DNA of 63,780 nucleotides, the filler included, from Squatina squatina (Eukaryota), in assembly GCA_031763465.1 (NCBI GenBank). It is 3 parts of 3 records of this genome, joined end to end, with 100 filler letters (N's around TTAATTAATTAA, not from the genome) between each part and the next. Parts side by side here need not be neighbours in the genome. Positions count along the whole stretch, not along the records: positions 1 to 27,944 come from JARFOE010000080.1; 2 more parts are not named here. One strand, given 5' to 3'. Below are positions 1 through 12,100 of this stretch, one piece after another. Position 1 is the first letter of the stretch, and the number at the start of each line of letters is the position of its first letter. The notes under the pieces were generated by a model. The model saw nothing but the letters and a program-made list of their open reading frames with translations, searched no databases and was not told where the DNA came from. The translations under genes and the position numbers were made by a program.

Positions 1-386
1 TCCAACCCTTCTCCACTCTGAGCAACTGCCAGTAACGCTGAGCCTCTGTCTCCGGTCATCACACAACTTTCTCCCCGCACTCTTCCCCTTCCTTCTAAAC
101 TGCCCCCTTGAACAGAGTGGCCATTATCCCGGGGATCCTAGTTACCTTTAGTCTGCTGCTCACCAGGTCCCTGATTTGACGACGTCCTTCACAGTCTCAT
201 CCAATTGTCTCGGTGCCCCCGGCCCTGTGATCATCCAAAGCGGTTTCCAATCGGACTTGAGTTTTCCTCAAATCAGGTGTGGCTTTCCCCAAATTCCTTG
301 AAGTTCCACCATGACTTCTCCTATGGAAGAAAGACACATCAGGTTAGCAGACGGAAGAATTGAGGACCGTTCTGAAGTCGTCGATG

Positions 387-485
387 TCAGCCTTGGTTCA
401 TTGGTATTACTCTCTCACTTCTAGAATCATAAAGGTTGTGTATTCAAGCCCCTCTCCAGAGAGTTAATCCAGGCCGACACTCTTC
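387..485 (+). mobile_element. Degenerate 5' tRNA-derived head of a Deu-type SINE
   Basis: gtcagccttggttcattggt...ggttgtgtattcaagcccctctccagaga...aggccgacactc resembles the heads of the SINE copies at 41377 and 44849. Confidence 0.55.
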
Positions 486-1610
486 ACTTGCCTGGATGAG
501 TGCAGCTCCAACAACCCTCAAGAAGCTCGACACCATCCAGGACAAAGCAGCCCCCTTGATTGGCAGCCCAGCCACCACCTTAAACATTCACTTCCACCAG
601 CACCTGCACACCGGGGCTGCAGTGTGGACCTCCTAAAATACACTGCAGCAACTCACCAAGGTTTCTTCGACATAGAAACATAGAAAATAGGAGCAGGAGT
701 AGGTCATTCAGCCCTTCAAGCCTGCGATCATGGCTGATCCTCTATCTCAGCGCCATATTCCCACTTTCTCCCCTTGCCCCTTGATATCTTTAGCGTCTAA
801 AAATCTATCTGTCTCCTTCTTGAATATACTCAGTGACCTGGCCTCCACAGCTTTCTGTGGTAGAGAATTCCACAGGTTCACTGCCATCTGTGTGAAGAAA
901 TTTCTCCTCATCTCAGTCCTAAATGGCTTACCTCGTATCCTGAGACTGTGTCCCCTGGTTCTAGATTCCCCAGCTAGGGGAAACATCCTCCCTGCATCTA
1001 ATCTGTCTAGCACTGTCAGAATTTTATACATTCCAATGAGATTCCCTCTCATTCTCCTAAACTCTAGTGAATACAGGCCTAGTCGACCCAATCTCTCCTC
1101 ACACAACAGTCCTGCCATCCCAGGTATCAGTCTGGTGAATCTTCTCTGCACTCCCTCTATGGAAAGTATATCCTTTCTTAAGTAGGGAGTCCAAAACTGC
1201 ACGCAATCCTCCAGGTGGTCTCACCAAGGCCCCATATAATTGTAGCAAGACATCCTTGCTCCTGCACTCAAATCCTCTTGCAATGAAGGCCAACATACCA
1301 TTTGCCTTCCTAACTGCACCTCACCTCCCAAACCCTCGACCTCCACCAGCTAGAAGGTCAAGGGCAGCAGGTGTGTGGGATCATCACCTCCAAGTCACAC
1401 ACCACCCTGAATTGGAAATATATCGCTGTTCCTTCATCATCAACAAATTCCTGGAGTTCCCTCCCTAACAGCACTGTGGGACTACCATCACCTCACAGAT
1501 TCCAGTGGTTTAAGGCGGCGGCTCACCACCACCTTCTCAAGGGCAAATAGGGATAGACAATAAATGCTGGCTGTGCCTTCAACGCCCACATGCCATGAGC
1601 GAATAACAAA
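486..1610 (+). mobile_element. 3' end of a CR1-like LINE, split in two (486-672 and 1316-1610) by a nested LINE
   Basis: Translates ...WMSAAPTTLKKLDTIQDKAA.... Joining the two halves reproduces the uninterrupted copy at 37310-37717 (-). Confidence 0.75.
673..1315 (-). mobile_element. CR1-clade LINE, 3' end of ORF2 plus tail, nested in another LINE
   Basis: ORF 747..1202: QFWTPYLRKDILSIEGVQRRFTRLIPGM...LGLYSLEFRRMRGNLI...RTRGHSLRI...NLWNSLP, the typical CR1 ORF2 C-terminus. The short tail repeat reads tagaaacatagaaa on +. Confidence 0.9.
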
Positions 1611-1614
1611 GAAG

Positions 1615-2045
1615 AGAAGACAAGGTTAACAGACTAGGTGTAATAGACTTGAATTTCAAAAGTCCTTCAATAAGGTGACTCATGTTAGACTCATGACTGT
1701 GGTCAGACCATTTGGAGTCAGGGAACCGGTAGCAGAATGAAGAGCAAGCTGGTTGCAGAGAAGAAAATTGCAATTAGCGGTGAAAGGTAACTATTCAGAC
1801 TGGCAAAAAGTGGAAAGTGCTGTTCCACAAGGATCAGTGCTGGGTCTGTCCTTCATAATTTACGTGAACGATTTTGACTCAGGAATCGGAAGAACAATTT
1901 TGAAATTTACAGATGACACCAAATTGGGCAGCGTATAGTTAACACTGAAGCCTGTGAGAAAATACAAGACAACATTAGTGAACTTGCAGAATGGGCATGT
2001 AATTGACAAATGAACTTCAGAAAAGAGCAAAATGAATGTCAGATA
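1615..2045 (+). mobile_element. Degenerate CR1 reverse-transcriptase fragment
   Basis: VPQGSVLG and KFTDDTKLG (FADD-type motif) with stops and frameshifts. Confidence 0.8.
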
Positions 2046-3211
2046 ACAGGTTAACCGTGATGGAACTGCGGCGGGGCTAACCCTGTCCCATATCCTGGGG
2101 TGGGGTGAGGGGGTCGTTAGAATATTTGGGGCATACCTGTAGCATACACTAGAGGTAACCACCCCACTGAGCAGCTGAAAGTCAGAGCTGCACCCTCCTG
2201 CTCTGAGAGGTGTCATTCTAGGCTCAAATCAAGCTGAAGTAAATTGGCCACAATTTTTAAAAATTTTCCTTTGGGAACAAATGATTCTTGGAGAATTCAG
2301 TAGGCTTACACCAGAACCTATGCCTGGTCTCAGCAGATATGTCCCACTTGTCCTATTAGGTTTGTGCTAGGTGAACCTCCTAGAATAGCCCAGGAACACT
2401 TCCAGAAACGACCCCATGGTTGCTCTGTAATGTTACAGTGGCAGACCCAAGAAACGTCTTCAATGAGGTGGAAACCCACAGAATGTGTCTCTCCACCCCC
2501 TCCCCCCCCACTCTCCCACTCCCCGCCGAACTCTCTGATCGCCCAGCAACATTTCAATGCAATGCAACCACTTCAAAGGGAGCAGCCACGGCCATCAGAC
2601 TCTGGTAATCTGATCGCAGATCAGTGCGCGATCAAAGGCTGCTGTGGACCACGAGCATTTACACAGGTACAGCACCGACCGCAGAGTTAGATCGCAGACC
2701 CCCTTTCATAATCTCGCTGTCTGTCTACCTCCAAAGTCGACTCCTTGTTTTTTTTTCTCGGATGCGATCGCTTTTCTTGTGCCTAGCTGCAGTCCGAAAA
2801 AAGCAACGAGCCGTGCCAGACTTCCTGCGCTGTGTGATGTTTTATCTGGGACTAATCGCTGGGCTCTGGAGTGTTTGAGAGTTTCAGACTGTGTGTGAAG
2901 CACTTCAGTGCCAGGGGTTACAGCGTATCCCTTTCATCTCAGTCTTCAGATCCCATGACATCATCTAAACTTCAGACCACAAAGGGATTGGCTAGGAATG
3001 AGGCATCCTGGGGACAATTGGTAACCGTATAGGACATAACCTTAATCCTTCTTCAGACTGGGTTTGCACACATGCCTGCTTAAATTGAGAGCCTAATCCT
3101 GACCAGCACTGNNNNNNNNNNNNNNNNNNNNNNNNNNNNNNNNNNNNNNNNNNNNNNNNNNNNNNNNNNNNNNNNNNNNNNNNNNNNNNNNNNNNNNNNN
3201 NNNNNNNNNNN

Positions 3212-3440
3212 CGCCACTGCACCCACATCCTCCTCATGACATCCCTGCTTGTGCCCTCCTCTGCAATGTACAACCAGGCTGTGTTGATCTCCTGGGGAAG
3301 TCTCTTCCGCCCATGGGAAGGAAGGAGGAGAACCTCCCAGTGTGCTGTGACTCCCTCCATATACGTATACAGGGATTCCTGGGAGAGCCTGGGTGCAGTC
3401 CTGTGCCTTTGTGCAGTCATTGTCAGTGTTTGCAGCACTT
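3212..3440 (-). mobile_element. Myb/SANT-like DNA-binding ORF remnant of a PIF/Harbinger transposon
   Basis: RTAPRLSQESLYTYMEGVTAHWEVLLLPSHGRKRLPQEINTAWLYIAEEGTSRDVMRRMWVQW has the Trp spacing of Harbinger-associated Myb-like proteins. Truncated by a gap. Confidence 0.6.
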
Positions 3441-3906
3441 CAGTGCTGTACAGCACTGACAGCACAAATGTCAAAATAAATTTGGACATGGTCCCTTTAA
3501 GGAAATTGGCTGATGACGTATCATCAAATGAGGTCACCAGACCTGCTTCCTCTAATTGGCTGGGAAACACGCTGGGCAGGCTTAGCAAGCCCAATCAAGC
3601 TAAATTCATTTCAGACAGCGGGATGGAGACATCAGTGGTGTTGGGCCCCGCCACCGATGTCACCCACCACAGACCGAGGTCAGCAAAATCGCAGCCTTAG
3701 TCTCCAATTAATGTCTTCCTCAGATGGCTGTTGATATCTGGAATTCAGTGTGTGGCAAATCATACGCATGTGTGAGCCTGGATAGTGAATGGCAATGAGC
3801 CATTTGCCATGTGGACCATTACAGCTGAAACTGATTGTGTTGTATACCAATTGGAAACAGCAAGGCTGGACACTTCTTCCCTCCTTTGTCCAAGCACTAA
3901 GGTTAA

Positions 3907-4028
3907 CACAAAAGCAAATTACTGCAGAGGCTGGATATCTGAAATAAAAACAGAAAATGCTGGTCATGCAGCACCTATGGAGAGAGAAACAAAGTTAACA
4001 TTTCAGGTTGATGACCTTTCAGTTAACA
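3907..4028 (-). mobile_element. Penelope-type terminal repeat, degenerate copy
   Basis: Homologous to the copies at 28692-28915, 34205-34335 and 51967-52050 (aaggtcatcaacctgaaatgttaac...tctctcca...ccagcattttctg). Confidence 0.6.
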
Positions 4029-4829
4029 GTTGTGTTGCTCTGGCCTAGATTGACTAATCAGTACTATTCAATTCATTTATTAATTGGGCCATTTTTAATT
4101 ATATCTATAAAGAAGCTATTTTGCCATGTGGAAATTAATTGGATTTAGTTCCAGTTTTGATTTTGGTCAAGGTCTTGCAGTGGCTTGGCCTAAATTCATG
4201 TTAAAGCTGGTGTAACATATACATTTTTTCTGCTCTGCATCAATATTTCTGGGTGTGGCTGAGTTAATTTGGATGCTGCTGATCCAAACTTATTCCAGTT
4301 ATGCAAAGTATGATCTGGGTGTAATATTTCTGAAATTATGTCTCATCATACAGCTTTAATGTTTTAAACTATGAAAGTCATGGGTTCAAATGTTAGAAAA
4401 ATTGCCAATTGAAGAAAGGGGTTGGATGAGATCAGACATCAAAGTGCAACAGTACGGTGAGAGAACTAGGCAGAAGTGAGAAAATGAAGGAGCAGATGGA
4501 TGATTTGAAACTNNNNNNNNNNNNNNNNNNNNNNNNNNNNNNNNNNNNNNNNNNNNNNNNNNNNNNNNNNNNNNNNNNNNNNNNNNNNNNNNNNNNNNNN
4601 NNNNNNNNNNNNGGTGCCTGTGCACATAGCGCCGCAAGTCCCGACTTAGCGCCTCCCGAGAAAAAATAGCGAATTTTGCAACATCATTCGGAGGCGCTAC
4701 CTTTTGCCTTAACTCCTCCACGGAGCCGTTAGCCAATTTCACCCCCTTAGAGTGCAAATGCCAGGAAATTATGCTAAGCCTTCAGCATAGTTTGGCCTCA
4801 ACTGTAATATTTTGGAGAGGGGACAGTTC

Positions 4830-5122
4830 TATGGATAGAGCAGAGAAGGCTAAAAGGACAGTTGCTAGATGTGTTTTAAATCATGAAGGGTTCAGATAGA
4901 GTAAATAAAGAGAAACTGTGTCCAATGGCTTAATGGTCAATAACCAGAGGGCTCAGATTTAAGGTGCTTGGCAAAGGAACCAGAGGTGACATGAGGAAAA
5001 ACCTTTTCTTACTCAATGAGTGGTTAGGATTTGGAATGCACTGCCTGATTGGATGGTGGATACAGATTCAATAGTCACCTTCAAAAGGGACTTGGATAAA
5101 TACTTGGAGAAAAATGGTAAGG
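4830..5122 (+). mobile_element. CR1 LINE 3' fragment
   Basis: VVRIWNALP...DSIVTFKRDLDKYL; upstream FKIMKGSDRV and TRGLRFKV. Confidence 0.8.
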
Positions 5123-5222
5123 NNNNNNNNNNNNNNNNNNNNNNNNNNNNNNNNNNNNNNNNNNNNNNNNNNNNNNNNNNNNNNNNNNNNNNNNNNNNNN
5201 NNNNNNNNNNNNNNNNNNNNNN

Positions 5223-5775
5223 CCATATTCAGGTTCCCTCTCCGTAAGAAACCATCCTATGTGAGCAACAATGTGTACAATAAAGATAAGGTTCTTGAAT
5301 TGTTTGAGTCATTCAAAGCAGATGCCAGTTCCCTTCTACTGTTCCTGAAAAATGTGCAGAGTGTGACTTTGTACAGCAGGGAATCCAATGGCACGGAGAG
5401 AATACTCTTCAGAGTGATTGCCTCTGAGGGTAAAGAGCTGAAACATGAGCGGCCAAACTCCTTAAAGATCCTAAGGACTGCTGCAGATCGCTACTGCAAT
5501 AATATTCCAAGCAACAATGTGACATGTGTGACCTACCATGTAAACATAGTGACTGAAGATGTGACTTCAAAAGAAATAGAAGAAATGTCTTGGCTGGTTT
5601 GCAACAGTGTGGGAGGTCGAGGGATGTGCAATGAATTAGACTGTTTGGCTGAAGACTTGAAGTACATTCCTAATATTGGCATTGCCATGCCTCTCCTTGG
5701 TAGTGAGGAAGTGAAAGGAGCTGTGTCTGAGTTCATAGGGCGAGCATTCTGCTTCCTTCCTTTACCCCCTGGTGA
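5223..5775 (+). CDS. SACS: Sacsin, internal fragment of the exon encoding part of sacsin repeat region 1; both ends lost in gaps
   Basis: [11 protein letters not shown]...[27 protein letters not shown]...[11 protein letters not shown]...[12 protein letters not shown] matches the sacsin SRR1 sequence as recalled. Confidence 0.93.
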
Positions 5776-8359
5776 NNNNNNNNNNNNNNNNNNNNNNNNN
5801 NNNNNNNNNNNNNNNNNNNNNNNNNNNNNNNNNNNNNNNNNNNNNNNNNNNNNNNNNNNNNNNNNNNNNNNNNNNTAGACACCAATGATTGCTTATGACC
5901 AAATCATTTTATATTGCATAACAAGTGTTAGACAACATAAAACCTGCCCAGATGGTAAATTGTGGTCAATGACTGACTATTGGGACTCTTCCCTACTTGT
6001 GGTAGTTTTGCTTTCTGAGGAGGTGCGAAAATTGCTTGAATTAGGTACCTGAGACAGTTGTGAGTCTATGAAATCTAACTTGATCTATAGTTCAATATCA
6101 GATTCAATTGCTTTCCGTATTGCTTTGGTTCATTGGGTTGAGTAGTATTTCTTCAATTGCTGCAGCAACGTGGGACTCCATGGAAACTGAGGTGTGTTTG
6201 ACACACAATTATGGAAAGATGTGAAGGATCTCAAACGCTTTGCTACTTTGTCTCAACACAGTTTATTTTTATCCACTGGTTTACACCTTACAGTAAACTC
6301 AGATTAGTAGCTTAGTACTTGTAGCCTGAGCTGCACAGTCTGCTAATGTGGTGGTTTTCCATTTTTCAGTGAGATTGTGAGTATATGGTGACACACTGTG
6401 CTATTTCTGGAGTATAATCCGGTATAAGAGTATGCTATTCACCCTGTGGCATGCTACTCTCTAAACATCATATATTAACCCAGTATAAGAGTAAGTTACT
6501 CTTTAAACATATATTGCTTAGCTCCCTCTTCCTCTTCATCCTCAAAATCTGATATCTGACTAATCTAACATAAGACAGATGTGAAGTAATTATTTACTAA
6601 CTAATTCCTTTGTCCCTGGAGACCAGCTTCCCAATATATTAAGTGGATCAATGCCTTCTTCATCCTTGGTTTAATATGTAAATATTTGGAAAATTCCTTT
6701 ATTATTAATGGGGTGTTCTTAGCAATTTTACATTTTGTGTTTCACATTATTTGCTTCACTCACTTTTGCTTATCTTTATAATTTACTCAATCCTGCAGTC
6801 TATTTGATTTTTAAAAACTGAGACACTCAGCTTGTGTCCAATACAAATCTTTACATTGATATTTAGTGACATTGCCTGTTAATCTGTTTTGATTAGACAG
6901 TAATGAATTTCACTTGTAGATATTTAATTTTTTTTTAATCTTTGCATTTAAAAAAAAACTTTTTTTTGTTGCTAAGAGAAACAGCACATGAAAAATGCAA
7001 GAGCACAGTAGCAATCATGGAAGAGTTATTAACCAGCACAATCAACTTCACAATGCAGTGCTAACATTTCTTTGATACTTCCACTTTCCATTGTAGTTCT
7101 CCCAACCAGTAGTGTGTTCCAGTGAACCACCTTTATTTTTAACCTTATTTTATTTTGCTTTTTAGTAGGCTTCCCTTATGAATTATGAATCTTAGATTAT
7201 TTCATACTTCTGCTTTTATAAATCTATTGGAATTATCACTAAAAATTAGATTCAGAATAACTACTGACTACATTGTGTTATCTACTGTGTAAGGAAGCAG
7301 TGCCCCTAGAAATGTGTATTGCATTTGTGTCTTCCAATTTAGTTTTACTTCTACTGTTTTGCCAACCAAGATTTGGGAATTGAAATTAATATTAATTAAA
7401 ATTTGGGCCTTCATATAAGACTCACTGGTTTCCAAAAAAAGTTTATAAAAAAAAAATCCCTGTCTATACTTCCCTATCCAGCAGGTCTGTACCAACCGCT
7501 AATAATTGTTGGATTGATTGTCAATCCAAATCACGTAGGTTTGACCAACAGAGATAAATTTACTTGTGGGTTGATTAAATATCAACAGAAAGCACAATAA
7601 ATTCTATACATTTATATACTCTCAAGCAGGATACCCATTGGGGACTGCGAGGCTTACTTAAGTAATTGAACAGCGGATTCCTTTGTGTAATTCCTGATAT
7701 GGTCCCATTCTCAACAGAGTAGTTCAGGCCCATTTGCTATATTTAACATTTTTGTTTGATTTAAATTGCAGTTCAGCAGCATCTTTTGGGATGTCCAGGT
7801 AGGAAAGATTGAAGTGTTGTGTTGGGGCCTGATGTCTTTGCATGTTCAACTTGGAGAGTGCACTAAAATAAAATGCATGTTACTTGCTATGTGTGTTTCC
7901 TTTTGTGATTATGCTACACAGTAAACTATTAGAGATAATTTAAAGAAATCTAATTATAATTTAACCAGTGCTGAGTTTGTGGTTTGCAAAGACGAGGAAC
8001 ATCCTGTGGAACTTTTAAGGCTAATATCGTGGGTCTCTTTAGATTAACCCAGTTTAAATTATCATGCTGAAAGTTAAGAAATCATTATTAAGAGACTGGA
8101 AGTTTATCTGAAGTTGTACTACACTGTTGATTGAGACAATGTAGAAGGACAGCATCACTAGAATCTCAAAGTAACTTGTCAACATTGATGGGATATGTCT
8201 GGTACTAAATTGATCACTCAAATTGTATGTTCTTTATTTATTCATAGCTGCTTTATTTTAATGGAGTAACTCCTGCCAACAACCAGAAGCTGTGCAGAAG
8301 CATACTGTGCATTAATCTGGAACCGGAAGCCTTTTTTTTTCCACAGAGCATTTCTAACT

Positions 8360-8414
8360 GGCATTTTTCCTCACAGCCCACTCCCTCCCGGCATTTTTCC
8401 TCACAGCCCGCTCC
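8360..8414. repeat. 30-bp minisatellite running into a gap
   Basis: ggcatttttcctcacagcccactccctccc is followed directly by ggcatttttcctcacagcccgctcc, then N. Confidence 0.7.
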
Positions 8415-9181
8415 NNNNNNNNNNNNNNNNNNNNNNNNNNNNNNNNNNNNNNNNNNNNNNNNNNNNNNNNNNNNNNNNNNNNNNNNNNNNNNNNNNNNNN
8501 NNNNNNNNNNNNNNCGCGGGGAGCGAGGCTGGCAACTGTCGCTGTCAACCATCTTATCTGTGATGTATTAGTTATTTGAAGACAGGATCTTTGCAAAATT
8601 TTGCTTTTGGATTACATAAATATTTCACCTCTAACAGCCAATGAGCAAACATTAAACTCATTTGGTAGGTAAATTGTGACTTTAGCAGAATAGATTGGCA
8701 AAGACCTGTAGAGATGGTAGTTAGCCCAAATGGAAGTACCATCAATTGTTTCTACTGATTCAGGACTAAACCCTTTGATAATTGAAGTGTGACTATTTAG
8801 TATATATTTAGACTATTTAATACTCTCATTTCCCAAGTAAATACTGATCACCCTTTTAAAAACCTTTGCATCTATGGCATTCTTAGGCAGAGCAGTCCAC
8901 CTTCTCACAACTATTTCTGTGCAATATTTTCTCCATGTTTGAGATTTTATTTTGTAATGCATTTTACAGGTTGTTCCACAATTTTAAATATAATGACAGC
9001 TATGTACTTGTTAATGTATCTCTGACACATTCGGTCCCATTTTATGTGATAAGACCGTAATGTATTGTTCCAGTTATAAAACCAGCAGCGATTTCAAGGC
9101 TTGTTTGTTTAACTTAACTGCTTTGTCAGTTAATAATGAATTGCACCTTTAACTCTTGTTTTCACTGCTTTTAACATACAG

Positions 9182-12100
9182 GTCGACTCTGTACACAACT
9201 GCAGTTGATGACCTCTGACCGTTCTGCGCGCCTTATTAAAGAACTGGCGAACACTTGCTGGCCTGGTAGAGAGATGATGGTGCAATGGTCTCCAAGAAAC
9301 CAAGAGAGGAAGCACCCACCTATGTCATGGCTGACTACAGTATGGAGATATCTGTATCACAACTTCCCTGAAGACCTGACTCTGTTTGAGGAATTGCCAC
9401 TGATCCCTAAGATGCCTCTAGACGAAACCCAAACCACAGTCAAGCTTTTACGTCTCCGAGCTCCGTCTCCCATTATCATGGAATCTGAAAATGAAACCCA
9501 ACTTCCTGCATTTTTACCAGATACCATTGAGAAACTTGGCGGAGTTGTCATTAAAGTACTCGACCCTTGTTTGCAGCATCCTCTTATGAAAAAATACATC
9601 CATTCTCCTCTGCCTAGCACCATGTTGCACATCCTAGATAAAGCAACAACACAAAAGATTTCCAGTCAGGTTATGTTACTACCTCCAACACACAAGGTTG
9701 CATTGAGATGTTTCTTAGCTAGTTTGCCAGAAGTAAATGAGCGAGACAAGAAAATTCTTCAGGAATTGATGATTTTTAACAAAGTTGAANNNNNNNNNNC
9801 TTCTGAGAAAAGTAGCCGAAGTTTTATAGCATTAAGAGGAAGTAAAGTCTTGCATCACACTGCAAAACTTCCACCAGACATGCGAATGTCCATTCCTGTC
9901 ATAAATTGCAGTGATGAAGCTTCTATTCGGTTAGTTACCTTACTGAAAATTGAACAATTAACAAGTACAGACTGCTTAAAGATTATACTACAAGACATTG
10001 AAAAAGGCTTTTATTCTAATAAGGACGTCACAGATATTGTGATTTGGATTCTCATCAATCTAGCTTTCCTCAAAGATGAAAATGCTTTGTTTGTAGACTG
10101 GCTGAAGTCCTTGAAATTTATTTCTACTTCTCAGGGAAGATTAATGTCGGCTAACGAATTATTTGATCCTGAAATAGAAACATTACAGCACTTGTTCTAT
10201 GCTGATGAAAAAGCATTTTTTCCACCAGATAGTTTCACCTCAACTCCAGATGTCTTACATGCCCTGAGACAAATAGGCTTAAAGAATGAAGATCAGTTAA
10301 CTGAAAAAGAAGTCATACAAGTGGCCAAAAGAATTGAAGTGCTGCAGAGCAGTAGCAAAATCAAGCAAGATGCGGTCATCAGGAAAGCTAAAACATTACT
10401 TGCAATTCTACACAGACAAAGTAATTTATTACTTTCAACTGAAGCAAAGGCAACAATGCAAAAGCTAAAATGGGTTCCAGTTTGCAAGAAACGTCCTCTG
10501 AATTACCCTCAATCCCTTGCTTGGAAAGGAGATGTACTAAATTTTCACAAGGCAGGTGAAATGCGAGATTTATCAGATGCTGTATTGGTGGGCTCTGCAG
10601 TGCCTCTTGTGGAGAACATCTCTTCTGAAGTTAGAAAATTGTTAGGTTTTTCTACAGAACCCAGTTTGAATAGGGTTTTAGGACACTTGAAGAATGTTGT
10701 TGATTGGCATACTTCCAAGGATTTCAATAATGATGAATGGTACCAGTTTCAACATTTCTTGCTTGATATTTATGACTACATGCAGGGATATCTGGAGAAA
10801 GATAAAGAAGGGTTCAAATCACTGACCTTTCCCTGGGTGTGGACAGGCAAGGTCTTTTCTGTTCCTGGACATGTAGCTATAAAACCAATTCAAGATCTTG
10901 ATCTAGAGCCATACCTACATATCCTTCCGAAAACCATGGCAAAATATCACAAATTGTTTACGTTCTTTGGAGCACAAGAAGAAGTAAATACTGAGCACAT
11001 CTTCAGTATCATCAAGAGTATCAAACAAAAATGTGGCGGTGAAATCAGTGAACAGGAAAGTAAACAAAACCTACTTCTGGTACTGAACATCTTAAGATGG
11101 CTATATAGCAATCAGGTCCCAGTTAATCTTGATACTCCAATACCCATTCATAACAGCAAAGACCCCAGCAGATTGATAATGGAACCTATTCAGAATTGTT
11201 GCTACTGTGACATCAAAGTAGATGATCTCAATGACTTGCTTGATGATTCCTTAGAACCCATCTACTTGGTACATGAGGACATCCCTATGAAAATGGCTCA
11301 AGCACTACAAGTGCCTTGCCTTAGTACCAGACTCATTAACCCAGAGAACCTGGGATTTGAGCAATCTGGACAAAGAGAGCCACTCACAGTGCGAATCAGA
11401 AACATTCTTGAAGAATACCCATCAGTTGCAGACATCTTTAAGGAGCTACTACAAAATGCAGATGATGCTGAGGGAACCGAATGTAGCTTCCTGATTGACA
11501 TGCGAAGAAATTCAGATATCCGAGAAAACCTTCTCGATCCAGGTATGGCAGTGTGCCATGGGCCAGCACTATGGTCATTCAACAACTCTGATTTTACAGA
11601 TGCTGACTTTGTAAACATAACCAGATTAGGTGGATCACTGAAGAGGAGTGAGGTTGACAAAGTTGGAAAATTTGGACTTGGTTTCAACTCTGTGTACCAC
11701 ATCACAGATATCCCTATAATTTTGAGCCGTGAATTTATGATAATGTTTGATCCAAATCTTAATCATTTGGGAAAGCATATTCGTGACAAAACAAATCCTG
11801 GGATAAAGATCAATTGGAACAAACACCAGAAAAGGTTAAGAAAGTTCCTCAATCAGTTCAGGCCATTTGTGAATGTTTTTGGTTGTGACTTACCACTAGT
11901 CACTGAGAAACCCTTTTGCTATTTGGGAACACTTTTTAGACTTCCTTTCAGAATGGAGGAGGAGGCATCAGTCAGTGAAATTAGTAGTGTTTCCTACAGT
12001 ACAGCAGATATCTATTCTCTTGTGGATGAGTTTAGCCTGTGTGGCCACAGGCTAATTCTCTTCTCTCAGAATGTAAACACCATGTTCTTAAAATACCTCA

